From: Thioploca sp.
GTDB lineage: Bacteria > Pseudomonadota > Gammaproteobacteria > Beggiatoales > Beggiatoaceae
Length of the DNA: 64,000 nucleotides
Assembly: GCA_030627235.1 (NCBI GenBank)
Contig: DAOUSL010000002.1
Span: forward strand, 366-64,365
Direction of reading: 5' to 3'
Within the stretch, counting starts at the first letter, position 1. Every line of letters begins with the position of its first letter. The notes beneath the pieces were generated by a model. The model ran no database searches, was not told the origin of the DNA, and saw only the letters and a program-made list of their open reading frames with translations. The position numbers were made by a program, and so were the translations under genes. Of this stretch, positions 20,650 through 30,967 are shown one piece after another.

Positions 20650-22011
20650 ATGGGATTGACAACAATGACTCAATCTATTCCTTATTCAACTACTTTATTA
20701 GAACAAGAACTGCGTTCACAAATTTTTACAGCAGTTCAAACTTATTATAATTTTAAATTTCGTCCTCAGTCGTTCATACCTACTCAAACACCCATTCCAT
20801 CTTCTGGTAAAGTTGTTGGTAGCCAAGAAATCCAAAACATGGTGGAAGCCTCACTTGACGGCTGGCTCACTACTGGACGTTTTAATGAAGCATTTGAACA
20901 AAAATTAGCCAAATTTCTTGGAGTTAAGCATGTATTTACCACCAACTCAGGTTCGTCAGCCAACCTCTTAGCTTTTTCGGCTTTGACTTCACCAAAACTG
21001 GGTGAAAGAAGATTGAAACCGGGAAATGAAGTTATTAGTGTTGCAGCAGCTTTTCCTACTACTGTCAATCCTATTCTTCAACATGGCATGATTCCAGTTT
21101 TTGTGGATGTCGATATTCCTACTTATAATATAGATACTACACTGATTGAAGCAGCTATCTCTGCTAAAACTAAAGCTATCATGTTGGCACATAGTTTGGG
21201 TAATCCTTATAATCTTGATGAAGTGATGCGCATTGCTAAAAAACATAATCTGTGGCTTATTGAAGATTGTTGTGACGCACTGGGTTCAACTTATAATGGT
21301 AAACTGGTGGGAACATTTGGTGATATTGCGACACTTAGTTTTTATCCAGCACATCAAATTACAATGGGAGAAGGTGGAGCCGTTTTTACGAATAACACTC
21401 TTTTAAATCGTATTGCTGAGTCTTTTCGCGATTGGGGGCGTGATTGTTATTGTGAACCGGGTAAGGATAATACTTGTGGTAAACGTTTTGATCGGCAATT
21501 AGGTACGTTACCGGAAGGTTATGATCATAAATATACTTATTCACATTTAGGCTATAATCTCAAAATTAGTGATATGCAAGCAGCGGTGGGATTGGCACAA
21601 TTAGATAAATTGTCACACTTTGTTACTAAACGTCAAGAAAATTTTTGTTATCTCCGCGAACATTTAGCAAGTTTAGAAGAATTTTTGATTTTGCCAGAAG
21701 CTACGCTTAACAGTGAACCGTCTTGGTTTGGTTTTCCAATCACAATTAAAAAAGATGCAGGAAGAATACGAGTTGACTTGCTAAAATATTTGGATAAGTA
21801 TAAGATTGGTACTCGCCTATTATTTGCTGGTAATATTACTCGTCAACCGTATTTTCAGGATAGGCAATATCGTATCAGTGGGGAATTGATCAATACAGAG
21901 ATTATTATGAATGATACTTTTTGGATTGGGGTTTATCCGGGGCTGTCAGCAGAGATGCTTGACTACATAGTAAATAAGATGGAGGCATTTTTTGGAGTTG
22001 GTAGACATTAA
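20650..22011 (+). CDS. ddhC: CDP-6-deoxy-D-xylo-4-hexulose-3-dehydrase (E1)
   Basis: Near full-length colinearity with RfbH/DdhC as I remember it: [129 protein letters not shown]. Confidence 0.9.
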   Translation: MGLTTMTQSIPYSTTLLEQELRSQIFTAVQTYYNFKFRPQSFIPTQTPIPSSGKVVGSQEIQNMVEASLDGWLTTGRFNEAFEQKLAKFLGVKHVFTTNSGSSANLLAFSALTSPKLGERRLKPGNEVISVAAAFPTTVNPILQHGMIPVFVDVDIPTYNIDTTLIEAAISAKTKAIMLAHSLGNPYNLDEVMRIAKKHNLWLIEDCCDALGSTYNGKLVGTFGDIATLSFYPAHQITMGEGGAVFTNNTLLNRIAESFRDWGRDCYCEPGKDNTCGKRFDRQLGTLPEGYDHKYTYSHLGYNLKISDMQAAVGLAQLDKLSHFVTKRQENFCYLREHLASLEEFLILPEATLNSEPSWFGFPITIKKDAGRIRVDLLKYLDKYKIGTRLLFAGNITRQPYFQDRQYRISGELINTEIIMNDTFWIGVYPGLSAEMLDYIVNKMEAFFGVGRH

Positions 22012-22043
22012 GTCATTATTGATTACTCGTTGCCAGAAATGAT

Positions 22044-22916
22044 ATGAATAAATACAGAGTTGCAATCCTTGGGTCAGGAAATATTGGAACAGATTTATTG
22101 GTAAAAGTTCAAAGATCGGAGAATTTAGAGTGTGTTGCCTTTATTGGAAGAAGCCGTGGTTCACGGGGAATGGCTAAAGCCCTTGAACTGGGAGTGAAAT
22201 TATCAGACCAAAGTATCGAATATGTTATTGACAACGCAAGTAAAATCGACCTCGTTTTTGATGCTACATCGGCAAAGGATCACATGGTGCATGCACCAAT
22301 CCTCAAGGAACTTGGCATCAGATGTATTGATCTTACTCCAGCCAAAATTGGACCAATGTGTGTTCCTTTAATTAATACAGAGGAATGCATGGATAATATG
22401 AATATCAATATGGTTACATGTGGTGGCCAAGCATCGATACCCATTGCAGTAGCACTTGCAAGGACACACAAGAATATTGAGTATATTGAGGTGGTGTCTA
22501 GTATTGCCTCAAAAAGTGCTGGACCAGCAACCCGCTCCAATCTTGATGAATACATTAAAACTACCGAAAGAGGCGTAAAACACTTCTCCTGTGCAAAAAA
22601 AACCAAGGCAATACTGATTCTTAATCCTGCTATACCTTATATTGATATGATGACTACAATCCTCGCTAAAATAAATGAACCTAATTTAGAGTTGCTAAAA
22701 ATAGAGCTTGCCTCGCTGTTGGAAAGAGTCCAGTCTTATGTACCAGGATACAAACTAATTTTGGGACCACTATTTGAAAATGGGAGGATCGTTGTAATAT
22801 TAAGAGTGCAAGGTTTTGGTGACTATTTGCCAAAATATGCTGGTAATCTTGATATTATTAATTGTGCTGCAATTGCGATAGCTGAAGAATATGCCAAGGC
22901 GGTGAAGAATGAGTAA
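22044..22916 (+). CDS. acetaldehyde dehydrogenase (acetylating), DmpF/MhpF family
   Basis: RVAILGSGNIGTDLLVKV NAD motif and the active-site segment MVTCGGQASIP; length about 290 aa. Confidence 0.8.
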   Translation: MNKYRVAILGSGNIGTDLLVKVQRSENLECVAFIGRSRGSRGMAKALELGVKLSDQSIEYVIDNASKIDLVFDATSAKDHMVHAPILKELGIRCIDLTPAKIGPMCVPLINTEECMDNMNINMVTCGGQASIPIAVALARTHKNIEYIEVVSSIASKSAGPATRSNLDEYIKTTERGVKHFSCAKKTKAILILNPAIPYIDMMTTILAKINEPNLELLKIELASLLERVQSYVPGYKLILGPLFENGRIVVILRVQGFGDYLPKYAGNLDIINCAAIAIAEEYAKAVKNE

Positions 22917-23931
22917 TAATAAGCAAAAAATACTTATTAGTGATTCAACACTTCGGGATGGAAATCATGCGGTATTGCATCAACTCACTGAACAACAAAT
23001 CGCTACATATTGTACAGCTGCTAATTCTGCAGGTGTACCTATTGTTGAGGTTGGGCATGGTAATGGTCTAGGTGCATCATCACTTCAGGTGGGTGAAGCT
23101 GCTGTAGATGACCTGACTATGCTTACTATTGCTCGTAAGCATCTCAAGAATTCACGGCTTGGTATTCATGCAATACCTGGTTTTGCTACCATAGAACGTG
23201 ATCTTAAGCCTGCTATCAATTGTGGCGTGGATGTATTTCGCATCGCTGCTCACTGTACCGAGGCAGATATTACAGAACGCCATATTCGGTTCTGCCGTAT
23301 GGAGGGAAAAATAGTTTTTGGTGTACTTATGATGAGTCACATGGTGGAGAAGGAGATTCTTGCTGATGAAGCCCGTAAGATGCAGAATTATGGTGCAGAG
23401 GGAATTATTCTAATGGATTCTGCGGGCAACTACCTACCGAATGATGTGAAAGAGAAAGTGAGTTTTCTTAAAGAAAATCTCAAAGTGTCAGTGGGCTTTC
23501 ATTCACATAATAATCTTGGAATGGGTATTGCAAATTCAGTGGCTGCTGTGGAAGCAGGAGCTGCTATCATTGATGGCTGTGCAAGGGGTTTTGGTGCAGG
23601 TGCGGGAAATGCCCAGTTAGAAGTACTGGTGGCGGTACTTGAACGGATGGGATATAACTTGGGCATTGACTTATACAAATTACTTGATGCAAGTGATCTA
23701 GCCGAAAGAGAGTTGATGGAAAAGATGCCCACAGTCGGATCCACAAGTATTGTCAGTGGACTGTCAGGAGTTTTTTCAGGTTACCTCAAGCCCGTTAACC
23801 GTATAGCAAAAGAATTTGATATTGATCCGCGTGACCTTTTTTTTGAGTTAGGTAGACAAAAAGTGGTGGCAGGCCAAGAGGATAGAATTATTGAAATAGC
23901 TGCTGAACTCTCTAATTCTGGGAAAAATTAA
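22909..23931 (+). CDS. 4-hydroxy-2-oxovalerate aldolase-like (DmpG/MhpE family, HMGL-like)
   Basis: DSTLRDGNHAV; HSHNNLGMGIANSVAAVEAGAAIIDGCARGFGAGAGNAQLEVLVAVLERMG. The start overlaps the upstream dehydrogenase gene by 8 nt. Confidence 0.8.
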   Translation: MSNNKQKILISDSTLRDGNHAVLHQLTEQQIATYCTAANSAGVPIVEVGHGNGLGASSLQVGEAAVDDLTMLTIARKHLKNSRLGIHAIPGFATIERDLKPAINCGVDVFRIAAHCTEADITERHIRFCRMEGKIVFGVLMMSHMVEKEILADEARKMQNYGAEGIILMDSAGNYLPNDVKEKVSFLKENLKVSVGFHSHNNLGMGIANSVAAVEAGAAIIDGCARGFGAGAGNAQLEVLVAVLERMGYNLGIDLYKLLDASDLAERELMEKMPTVGSTSIVSGLSGVFSGYLKPVNRIAKEFDIDPRDLFFELGRQKVVAGQEDRIIEIAAELSNSGKN

Positions 23932-23935
23932 TGTG

Positions 23936-24991
23936 ATGAAGAAAGAACAGAAAAAATTGATGACTGATGATTGCGAACGTGTTTATTCGGAAGTTTCCGG
24001 CAAACTCGACGTTCTGTCAGGGGCGACCTTGCTGATTACTGGGGGGTCGGGGTTTATGGGAAGTTGGTTATGTGAGATGGTGTATTACATGAACGAAATC
24101 CACAAAATGGATATTCGTCTTTTCGTCATAGCACGTGATCATGAACGTTTTGAATCTCGTCTTCCACATGTAGCAAGTGCCAAAAATATCGAATTTATAT
24201 GCACCGATATTCGCAATGTCAGTGAATTCCCTCGTGAAGTTAATTATATCATCCATGCTGCAGCGAACCCAGATAGTCGCTTCCACTCATCTAGACCTTT
24301 TGAAACGATGTCTACAATCGCCGAAGGAACTGGAGCAGTTTTCAGAGCCGCATCCTTGGTGTCAGATTTACGTAATATTATTAATGCTGGTTCCAGTGCG
24401 GTATATTCATCGGAACCGAATAACAGAGAGAAGTTCTCAGAGATATCACCGGGATTACCTCTCAATAGCAAAGTGTCCAATTCTTTTTCCGAAGCGAACC
24501 GTTATTCTGAAACTCTGTGTTCAGCAGCACGAAATGAATTACGTTTGCCAATAGTTACTATTAGGCCATTTACTTTCTGCGGAGCATATCAGGATATCGA
24601 TTCTCCATGGGCACTTAATAATTTTATCAATGATGCTATGTGCAAGCGTCGTATTCGTATTCATGGTGATGGTGAAACGTTCCGTAGCTATATGTATGGG
24701 GCTGATTTAGCTGTTTGGGTTCTTATTATCATGCTACATGCGAGAAGCGGACAAATCTATAATGTTGGAAATAGTAATGGTTTTTCGCTCAGAGAGATTG
24801 CCGAAAAGGTCGCCAGTTGCTTTCAGCCAGCACCTAGTGTGTTACTGAATACCTCTCTCACTGGTGATATTAATCAATCAACATTGCTACCAGATGTGAC
24901 AAAGGCTGAAAAGGAATTTGGACTTAAACAATATACCAATATTGATACTGCCATTCAAAAAACAATACAATGGTATAAAAATGCTTGTTGA
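23936..24991 (+). CDS. NAD-dependent epimerase/dehydratase family (extended SDR), candidate ketosugar reductase
   Basis: LLITGGSGFMGSWL Rossmann motif; IIHAAA; Y..SK-like region (YSETLC). Starts 2-5 nt after the aldolase stop. Confidence 0.7.
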   Translation: MKKEQKKLMTDDCERVYSEVSGKLDVLSGATLLITGGSGFMGSWLCEMVYYMNEIHKMDIRLFVIARDHERFESRLPHVASAKNIEFICTDIRNVSEFPREVNYIIHAAANPDSRFHSSRPFETMSTIAEGTGAVFRAASLVSDLRNIINAGSSAVYSSEPNNREKFSEISPGLPLNSKVSNSFSEANRYSETLCSAARNELRLPIVTIRPFTFCGAYQDIDSPWALNNFINDAMCKRRIRIHGDGETFRSYMYGADLAVWVLIIMLHARSGQIYNVGNSNGFSLREIAEKVASCFQPAPSVLLNTSLTGDINQSTLLPDVTKAEKEFGLKQYTNIDTAIQKTIQWYKNAC

Positions 24992-25022
24992 TAGAAAATT
25001 CAATAGAAGATGCCCATAAATT

Positions 25023-26846
25023 ATGTCTAAGAAAGTAAAAGTTAGCGATGAAATCGCAGAATTTCTTAAAAAGCAAGAAATCCGACATGTATTTGGGATT
25101 GTAGGTTCAGCTATTTCCCATATATTCGATTCAATACATAGACTTGGTTATACACAGATTGTTTGTGTTCATCATGAACAAGCAGCCACTATGGCAATGC
25201 AGACTTATTTTAGGATGACCGGTAAAATTACGGCTGCATTGGTGACTGCAGGAGGTGGTAGTTCAAATGCCATTACGGGTGTTTTGAGTGCATGGGCTGA
25301 TTCATTACCTGGAATTATTATCTCAGGACAGGAGAACACTCGATTTATCAAGTCAATGAATAATATGCGGATGTGGGGAATTCAAGGTTTTGACAGTACG
25401 TCAATGGTTGACAAGATAACAAAATACGCTGTTCGGGTGATGGAACCAAAACAGTCCGTGTATGAACTAGAAAAAGCCTATCATATTGCTGGCCATGGAC
25501 GACCTGGACCTGTCTGGATTGATTATCCGATGGATATTCAGGGAAGCAGTATATCTGCTAACGAATTTGATCATTATTCCCCTCAAGCCGATAAGTTGAT
25601 GGCTGTTTCAGACTCAACTACAAAAATTGTTCTGGAGATGATTGGTGTATCTCGGCGTCCAGTTTTTTGGTTAGGTCACGGTATTAGGCTGTCTGATGCT
25701 ATGGGGAAAATCTATTTTCTTTTGGAAAAATTCCCATTTCCAACTCTGGTAACTTGGGCTGGCATAGATATACTTGATGATGGTCACTCACTAAATTTCG
25801 GTAGAGCTGGTGTCTATGGTAATCGTGTAGCAAACTTTGTGGTTCAAAATTCTGATCTGGTAATTGCGATTGGTAACCGATTCGCTATTCCAATGATTGG
25901 ATATGAGCATTCTGAATTCGCACGTGAAGCAAAAATTATTCAAGTGGATATTGATAAACTTGAGCTGGAAAAGACAAAAGACATGGTTGATCTTGGTATT
26001 GAATCTGATGCAGGAGCTTTTATTGAGAAATTGCTTGTGATGTCTAATAACTCTGAATTCAAGTTGCCACAATTTCAAGATTGGCTAACTATTTGTAATG
26101 GTTATAGGGAGCGATATCCGTATATTGGCCCTGAACACGCAGATAGGAATGGTGCTATAAATTCCTATCGTTTTATTGACCAACTAAGTGAGTATTTTAA
26201 ACAAGATCAGGTAATTACCACTGATATGGGTACAGCACTTCTGTCTGGTCATCAGGCTATACGTGTACGTGGTGAACAACGGCTAATGACTTCAACCGGT
26301 TTAGGAGAAATGGGTTATGGTTTACCTGCTGCAATAGGTGCTTCATTTGCTCGTAATAAAGGAGAAGTGATGTGTCTAAATTGTGATGGAGGGATGATGA
26401 TGAACCTCCAAGAGCTTCAGACAATTGTGCATCATCAACTACCCATAAAACTTTTTATTTTTAATAACGATGGTTATTTGATGATCAAGCATACACAGAA
26501 AAATTTATTTCAAGGACTCTATACTGCCTCTGATAAAGAAAGTGGTGTATCGTGTCCTAATTTTTCAAGGATTTCTGCTGCTTTTGAGATTCCGTATTAC
26601 GCGATAAAAACTTGGGATGATTTTGCAAAAGTTATACCACAGGTTCAAAGAGCGAAATGTCCAGTGTTCTGTGAGGTGTTCATGGATCCAGAACAGTATT
26701 CTTATCCTAAGCAATCATTGGCAGTTCGCCAAGACGGGTCAATCGTTTCGCCTCCTTTGGAAGATATGTCCCCATTATTGCCTAGGAATGTGTTTAAACG
26801 TGAAATGCTTATAAGTTTGCATCCGAAATCAGAAAGTCTTAACTGA
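25023..26846 (+). CDS. thiamine diphosphate-dependent enzyme, acetolactate-synthase-large-subunit-like (YerE-like)
   Basis: VFGIVGSAISHIFDS, TAGGGSSNAITGV, GLGEMGYGLPAAIGA, NCDGGMMMNLQELQT...NNDGY (ThDP-binding motif). Confidence 0.8.
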   Translation: MSKKVKVSDEIAEFLKKQEIRHVFGIVGSAISHIFDSIHRLGYTQIVCVHHEQAATMAMQTYFRMTGKITAALVTAGGGSSNAITGVLSAWADSLPGIIISGQENTRFIKSMNNMRMWGIQGFDSTSMVDKITKYAVRVMEPKQSVYELEKAYHIAGHGRPGPVWIDYPMDIQGSSISANEFDHYSPQADKLMAVSDSTTKIVLEMIGVSRRPVFWLGHGIRLSDAMGKIYFLLEKFPFPTLVTWAGIDILDDGHSLNFGRAGVYGNRVANFVVQNSDLVIAIGNRFAIPMIGYEHSEFAREAKIIQVDIDKLELEKTKDMVDLGIESDAGAFIEKLLVMSNNSEFKLPQFQDWLTICNGYRERYPYIGPEHADRNGAINSYRFIDQLSEYFKQDQVITTDMGTALLSGHQAIRVRGEQRLMTSTGLGEMGYGLPAAIGASFARNKGEVMCLNCDGGMMMNLQELQTIVHHQLPIKLFIFNNDGYLMIKHTQKNLFQGLYTASDKESGVSCPNFSRISAAFEIPYYAIKTWDDFAKVIPQVQRAKCPVFCEVFMDPEQYSYPKQSLAVRQDGSIVSPPLEDMSPLLPRNVFKREMLISLHPKSESLN

Positions 26847-27247
26847 TGTTACGTAGGCTAATCAGAAATCAATAGCTTACGTGGCAAAAAAGTTTCGTAA
26901 TTCGTTGTTTTTTCATTATAGATGCTTAACATCAGGTCTTAAATAACTTATTATTAGCAGTGACCATGTACTCCGCTCTGGATTGCTAGGGTAAGTTAGG
27001 TACACATAAATCTTTTAACATTTTTTTTGTACCAACACCAACAATATAACTGACTTTGAATGTTAAAATACTTTTGTGTACCTACTATATGATTTAATTT
27101 GGAATACAAATGTTTTTTTGATCCTACATGTTGTATGTTCCTTTTATTGAAGAATATAACCTAACAAAAGAGTGAAAACATAGTGAAAGAAGCATAATGT
27201 GTCGTAATTGGAAAGAATAATGACAAGTATGTTTGAGGAAATAAATT

Positions 27248-28291
27248 TTGTGCCAAATTATCAATGAGGATATCAATAAAATAATTGAAGCTGACTTGCC
27301 TTGGCAGGAATTAAGTGGTAAAACCGTTCTGATAACGGGAGCTTCAGGACTTCTACCTGCATATTTAGTAGAAACACTACTCCATTTAAATAAAAAACAA
27401 TTTTATAAAAAAGTTCATGTTATTGGAATTGTTAAAAATCAAAAGTATGCAAGAAACAAATTTATGCATCACAAGAATAATGAATATCTGAATTTGTTGA
27501 AATCAGATGTTAATGATTTAATACAAATTGACAGCAAAATAGATATTATTATCCATGCTGCTAGTCATGCAAGCCCAAAATATTATGCGATAGATCCAGT
27601 TGGTACATTATTACCAAATATAACTGGAACTAAAAATCTTCTTGAACTTGGTGTGAAAAAGAAAATAAAGTCTTTTTTGTTTTTTAGTAGTGGAGAAGTG
27701 TATGGAAAAGCTACAGATGTTTCTTTAGGAACAGGTGAATCATCATACGGTTGGCTCGATCCAATGGATGTACGTTCATGCTATGCAGAAAGTAAACGGA
27801 TGGGAGAAACAATGTGTGTAGCATGGGGAAAACAATATGGTTTCGATGTTAAAGTAGTACGACCATTTCACACCTATGGCCCCGGAATGAAGTTAGATGA
27901 TGGACGAGTATTTGCAGATTTTGTATCTAATATTGTGAATGGTGAAGATATTGTGATGAAAAGTGATGGTTCGCATAAAAGGCCATTTTGCTATATTTCT
28001 GATGCGACAGTTGGTTTTTTGACAGTATTGTTAAAGGGAGAATCTGCAAATGCATATAATATCGCCAATCCAATGCAAAATGTAAGTATTAAAACTTTAG
28101 CAGAAATGCTAATTGACCTTTTTCCAGAAAAAAGATTGAAGGTTAAAAGTGCTACTGTAAATCAGTCGCAATATATGCGTAGTCCAATTACTGAACAACT
28201 ACCAGATATTTCTAAATTAATAAAGTTGGGTTGGATGCCAAAAATAGATATTCGTGAAGGATTTTATCGTACTATTAGGAGCTATTTATGA
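27248..28291 (+). CDS. NAD-dependent epimerase/dehydratase family (extended SDR)
   Basis: VLITGASGLLPAYL; IIHAASHASP; YAESKRMGE (YxxxK). TTG start as in the ORF track; start uncertain. Confidence 0.7.
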   Translation: MCQIINEDINKIIEADLPWQELSGKTVLITGASGLLPAYLVETLLHLNKKQFYKKVHVIGIVKNQKYARNKFMHHKNNEYLNLLKSDVNDLIQIDSKIDIIIHAASHASPKYYAIDPVGTLLPNITGTKNLLELGVKKKIKSFLFFSSGEVYGKATDVSLGTGESSYGWLDPMDVRSCYAESKRMGETMCVAWGKQYGFDVKVVRPFHTYGPGMKLDDGRVFADFVSNIVNGEDIVMKSDGSHKRPFCYISDATVGFLTVLLKGESANAYNIANPMQNVSIKTLAEMLIDLFPEKRLKVKSATVNQSQYMRSPITEQLPDISKLIKLGWMPKIDIREGFYRTIRSYL

Positions 28292-29208
28292 ATATTGAAG
28301 AATTGATGTTGCAATACGAATTAGGTAATATGGCAAAAGCAGAGTTTATAAAACTCATGCATACTCACCACCGTATGCTGTTTGACTATAGTAAATTTAT
28401 ATGTGATAGAGATATACAGAAGATAGAGATAACAGATAATAGCGTGGTTATGACATCACGTAAACTTGGAATCAAAATTATTTGTGATGAACAAGACTAC
28501 AGAATTGCACCCGTAGAGATATTGAATTTCCAAGAATACGAAAAACAAGATTCTGATATGATTTTCAGGCTTGTTAATGATAAAGATACACTATTAGATA
28601 TAGGAGCAAATATTGGTTGGTATTCTATTGGATTATCAAAAGCTAAAAATAACCTGAATATTCATGCCTTTGAACCAATTCCAAAAACCTATGAATATTT
28701 AGTTGCAAACGTTAGATTAAATGGACTTACCAATATCCATATACATAAACATGGTTTGTCAAACGAAACCTCTGAAGTACCTTTTTATTATTATCCTGAA
28801 GGTTCTGGTAATGCTTCTATGTCAAATCTAGCGGCTAATATGAATTCAATAGAAATAAAATTACAAGTTATACCACTTGATTTTTTTGTAAAGAGACATG
28901 GAATTGATAAGGTAGATTTTATAAAATGTGATGTAGAGGGTGCAGAATTATTAGTTTTTCAAGGTGGTCGAGACACTATTCAAAGAGATAAACCCATCGT
29001 GTTTTCTGAAATATTGAGAAAATGGTCTGCAAAATTTGGTTATCATCCCAATGATATTATCAGTTTTTTTACTGAATTGGGATATGGATGCTTCACAGTT
29101 AAAGAAAAAAAACTATCTAGGTTTTTGAAAGTGGACGAAAACACTATTGATACTAATTACTTTTTTCTTCACGAAGGTGCTCATAAACAGATAATTGACA
29201 GTTACTAA
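28288..29208 (+). CDS. FkbM-family methyltransferase
   Basis: LLDIGANIGWYSI; HAFEPIPKTYEYLVANVRLNGL; IKCDVEGAELLVFQG. Confidence 0.75.
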   Translation: MNIEELMLQYELGNMAKAEFIKLMHTHHRMLFDYSKFICDRDIQKIEITDNSVVMTSRKLGIKIICDEQDYRIAPVEILNFQEYEKQDSDMIFRLVNDKDTLLDIGANIGWYSIGLSKAKNNLNIHAFEPIPKTYEYLVANVRLNGLTNIHIHKHGLSNETSEVPFYYYPEGSGNASMSNLAANMNSIEIKLQVIPLDFFVKRHGIDKVDFIKCDVEGAELLVFQGGRDTIQRDKPIVFSEILRKWSAKFGYHPNDIISFFTELGYGCFTVKEKKLSRFLKVDENTIDTNYFFLHEGAHKQIIDSY

Positions 29209-29688
29209 ATTAAGAGACTTACTTAACACTCCAATGAGTTCATTATCAATAGTTTGAGTGTAATGTTGTGGTAATCCTGTTGCTTATCGTAATAAAGTGC
29301 GATAAACTTACTTGGTAGACATAATCTTACTGAATGTCAGATTGATTATGTTTAAGGCTGTTAAATATATAGGCTCTTTGGGATTTTACGGGATAATTAA
29401 ATCCAGTAAAAATAATAAGTTACATGCCACTGCTTTTTCAATGGAACCTATTTTTATGAAATTCCTTTAAAATAATTAACTTAATATACAGGAAAAAAAT
29501 AGCGATTATTCCAAACGTATAGTAATATCGTTCCCAGTGCATATCCTTACATATCAATATAGATACGTTGAAACCAAAGGTTTATATTTAAAATACCATA
29601 ACATAATTTAATACCCTCGCAAAAAGCTTGAGTATTAAATTAAGCCATTATAAAAGATAAGAAAATTCTTAAAGATTGTTTGCAGTAA

Positions 29689-29853
29689 ATTCGTAATCAA
29701 GATTTAGTTGATATTTTACTTGTTGATGATGGTTCAACAGACAAAACAAAGGAAATTGCAACTTTTTATTCGAGAGGATTACAAGACATTAATTTTATAG
29801 TCCAAAAATCCATCAATTCGTTGTACTATTGGAGTTTAAATAATGACATTTAA
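29689..29853 (+). pseudogene. relic of a GT2 glycosyltransferase N-terminus
   Basis: Open fragment IRNQDLVDILLVDDGSTDKTKEIATFYSRGLQDINFIV... carries the GT2 DDGS(T)D signature but has no start and no body. It runs into the start of the next gene. Confidence 0.45.
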
Positions 29854-30940
29854 TTTTAACCAGATAGATAAAAAGTTTTTAACCATAGGAATCCCAACCT
29901 ATAATAGAGTTCATACTTTACAAAGACTTCTGCGTTCTTTGGAAGAACTACAGTCGCCATGGTTGGAATTGGGGATTATTACTATACTTATTAGTGATAA
30001 CCATTCTACGGATAGCACTGGTGATTTTATAAAAAATCATAAACTGTCAAGTTATATTGATTACTCTATAAACGACAAAAATATTGGAGCCGGTAAGAAT
30101 ATGTTAAAAATCACCAATATGTTTGACTCTAATTATTTGATGATGATTGGTGATGATGATATTATTCTATTAGAAAATTTAGTTAAGTTAATTCAAGAGT
30201 TATGGTTAGAAAAACCAGATTATGCTTTAATCAATTTAAAAAATATAACGGGTTTTAATACCATTAATTCTAACGAACAAGGCATCTTTCAAAATGTCAT
30301 TCAAAATAGTCTTGTTAATGTACTTGGTTATTTTGGTTGTATTATAATAAGCGATAAATTAAGAAATTATTTGTCATTAAATGGCTGTATTTTTGGTATT
30401 GATACGTATTGGCCCAGCATAGAGTTATTTTTTAAAATTCCTTCTTCATTTAAAGGCATATTGGTTCTTAATCCTCCTATCCAATTGATAGCAGATGCGG
30501 TCCGCTGGGAAGTGGAAGATTGGTTTGAGATTAGCCGAGTGCACAATTTGAAATTTTTAAATAAGCTATACACTCAAAGCGTATTAACAGAAAATGATTA
30601 TGATGCACTCGTTCTTTCTGTGACTAAAAAACAAGCTTATATTGTTATATTTGCTTTTTTGTTTGGTAAAAATTTTCAAAAGACCAAAATATCTGTTAAA
30701 TACATACTTGCTCATTTTTATGAAAAAATTTCTAGCACAGATAAAATAGTGTTGTTATCCATTTCTCGTTTTCCTATAATTTTTAACCAATTATTAAGGC
30801 CATTAAATATCTTTTTTTACTATATTATTTATAAAAAATTTTATGTTGGGTTTCTGAATCTCTTCCGAAAAGAGAAAAAAAAGGATATGATTGCTCCTTT
30901 TATTAACAATAATAAACCCAACATACTTTTTCAAATATAA
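29843..30940 (+). CDS. glycosyltransferase family 2-like protein with hydrophobic C-terminal part
   Basis: LTIGIPTYNRVHTLQRLLRSL; LISDNHSTDSTGDF; MIGDDD. Confidence 0.65.
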   Translation: MTFNFNQIDKKFLTIGIPTYNRVHTLQRLLRSLEELQSPWLELGIITILISDNHSTDSTGDFIKNHKLSSYIDYSINDKNIGAGKNMLKITNMFDSNYLMMIGDDDIILLENLVKLIQELWLEKPDYALINLKNITGFNTINSNEQGIFQNVIQNSLVNVLGYFGCIIISDKLRNYLSLNGCIFGIDTYWPSIELFFKIPSSFKGILVLNPPIQLIADAVRWEVEDWFEISRVHNLKFLNKLYTQSVLTENDYDALVLSVTKKQAYIVIFAFLFGKNFQKTKISVKYILAHFYEKISSTDKIVLLSISRFPIIFNQLLRPLNIFFYYIIYKKFYVGFLNLFRKEKKKDMIAPFINNNKPNILFQI

Positions 30941-30967
30941 GATAATTATTAGGTTTGCCAAAAAATT

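Noticed and set aside
24177-24554. 125-aa same-strand alternative-frame ORF (and the 24244-24480 antisense ORF) inside the SDR gene
   Set aside because: The long frame carries the Rossmann GxxGxxG motif and spans the whole gene. The alternative frames have no motifs. They arise because this block is more G+C-rich and so has fewer stop codons.
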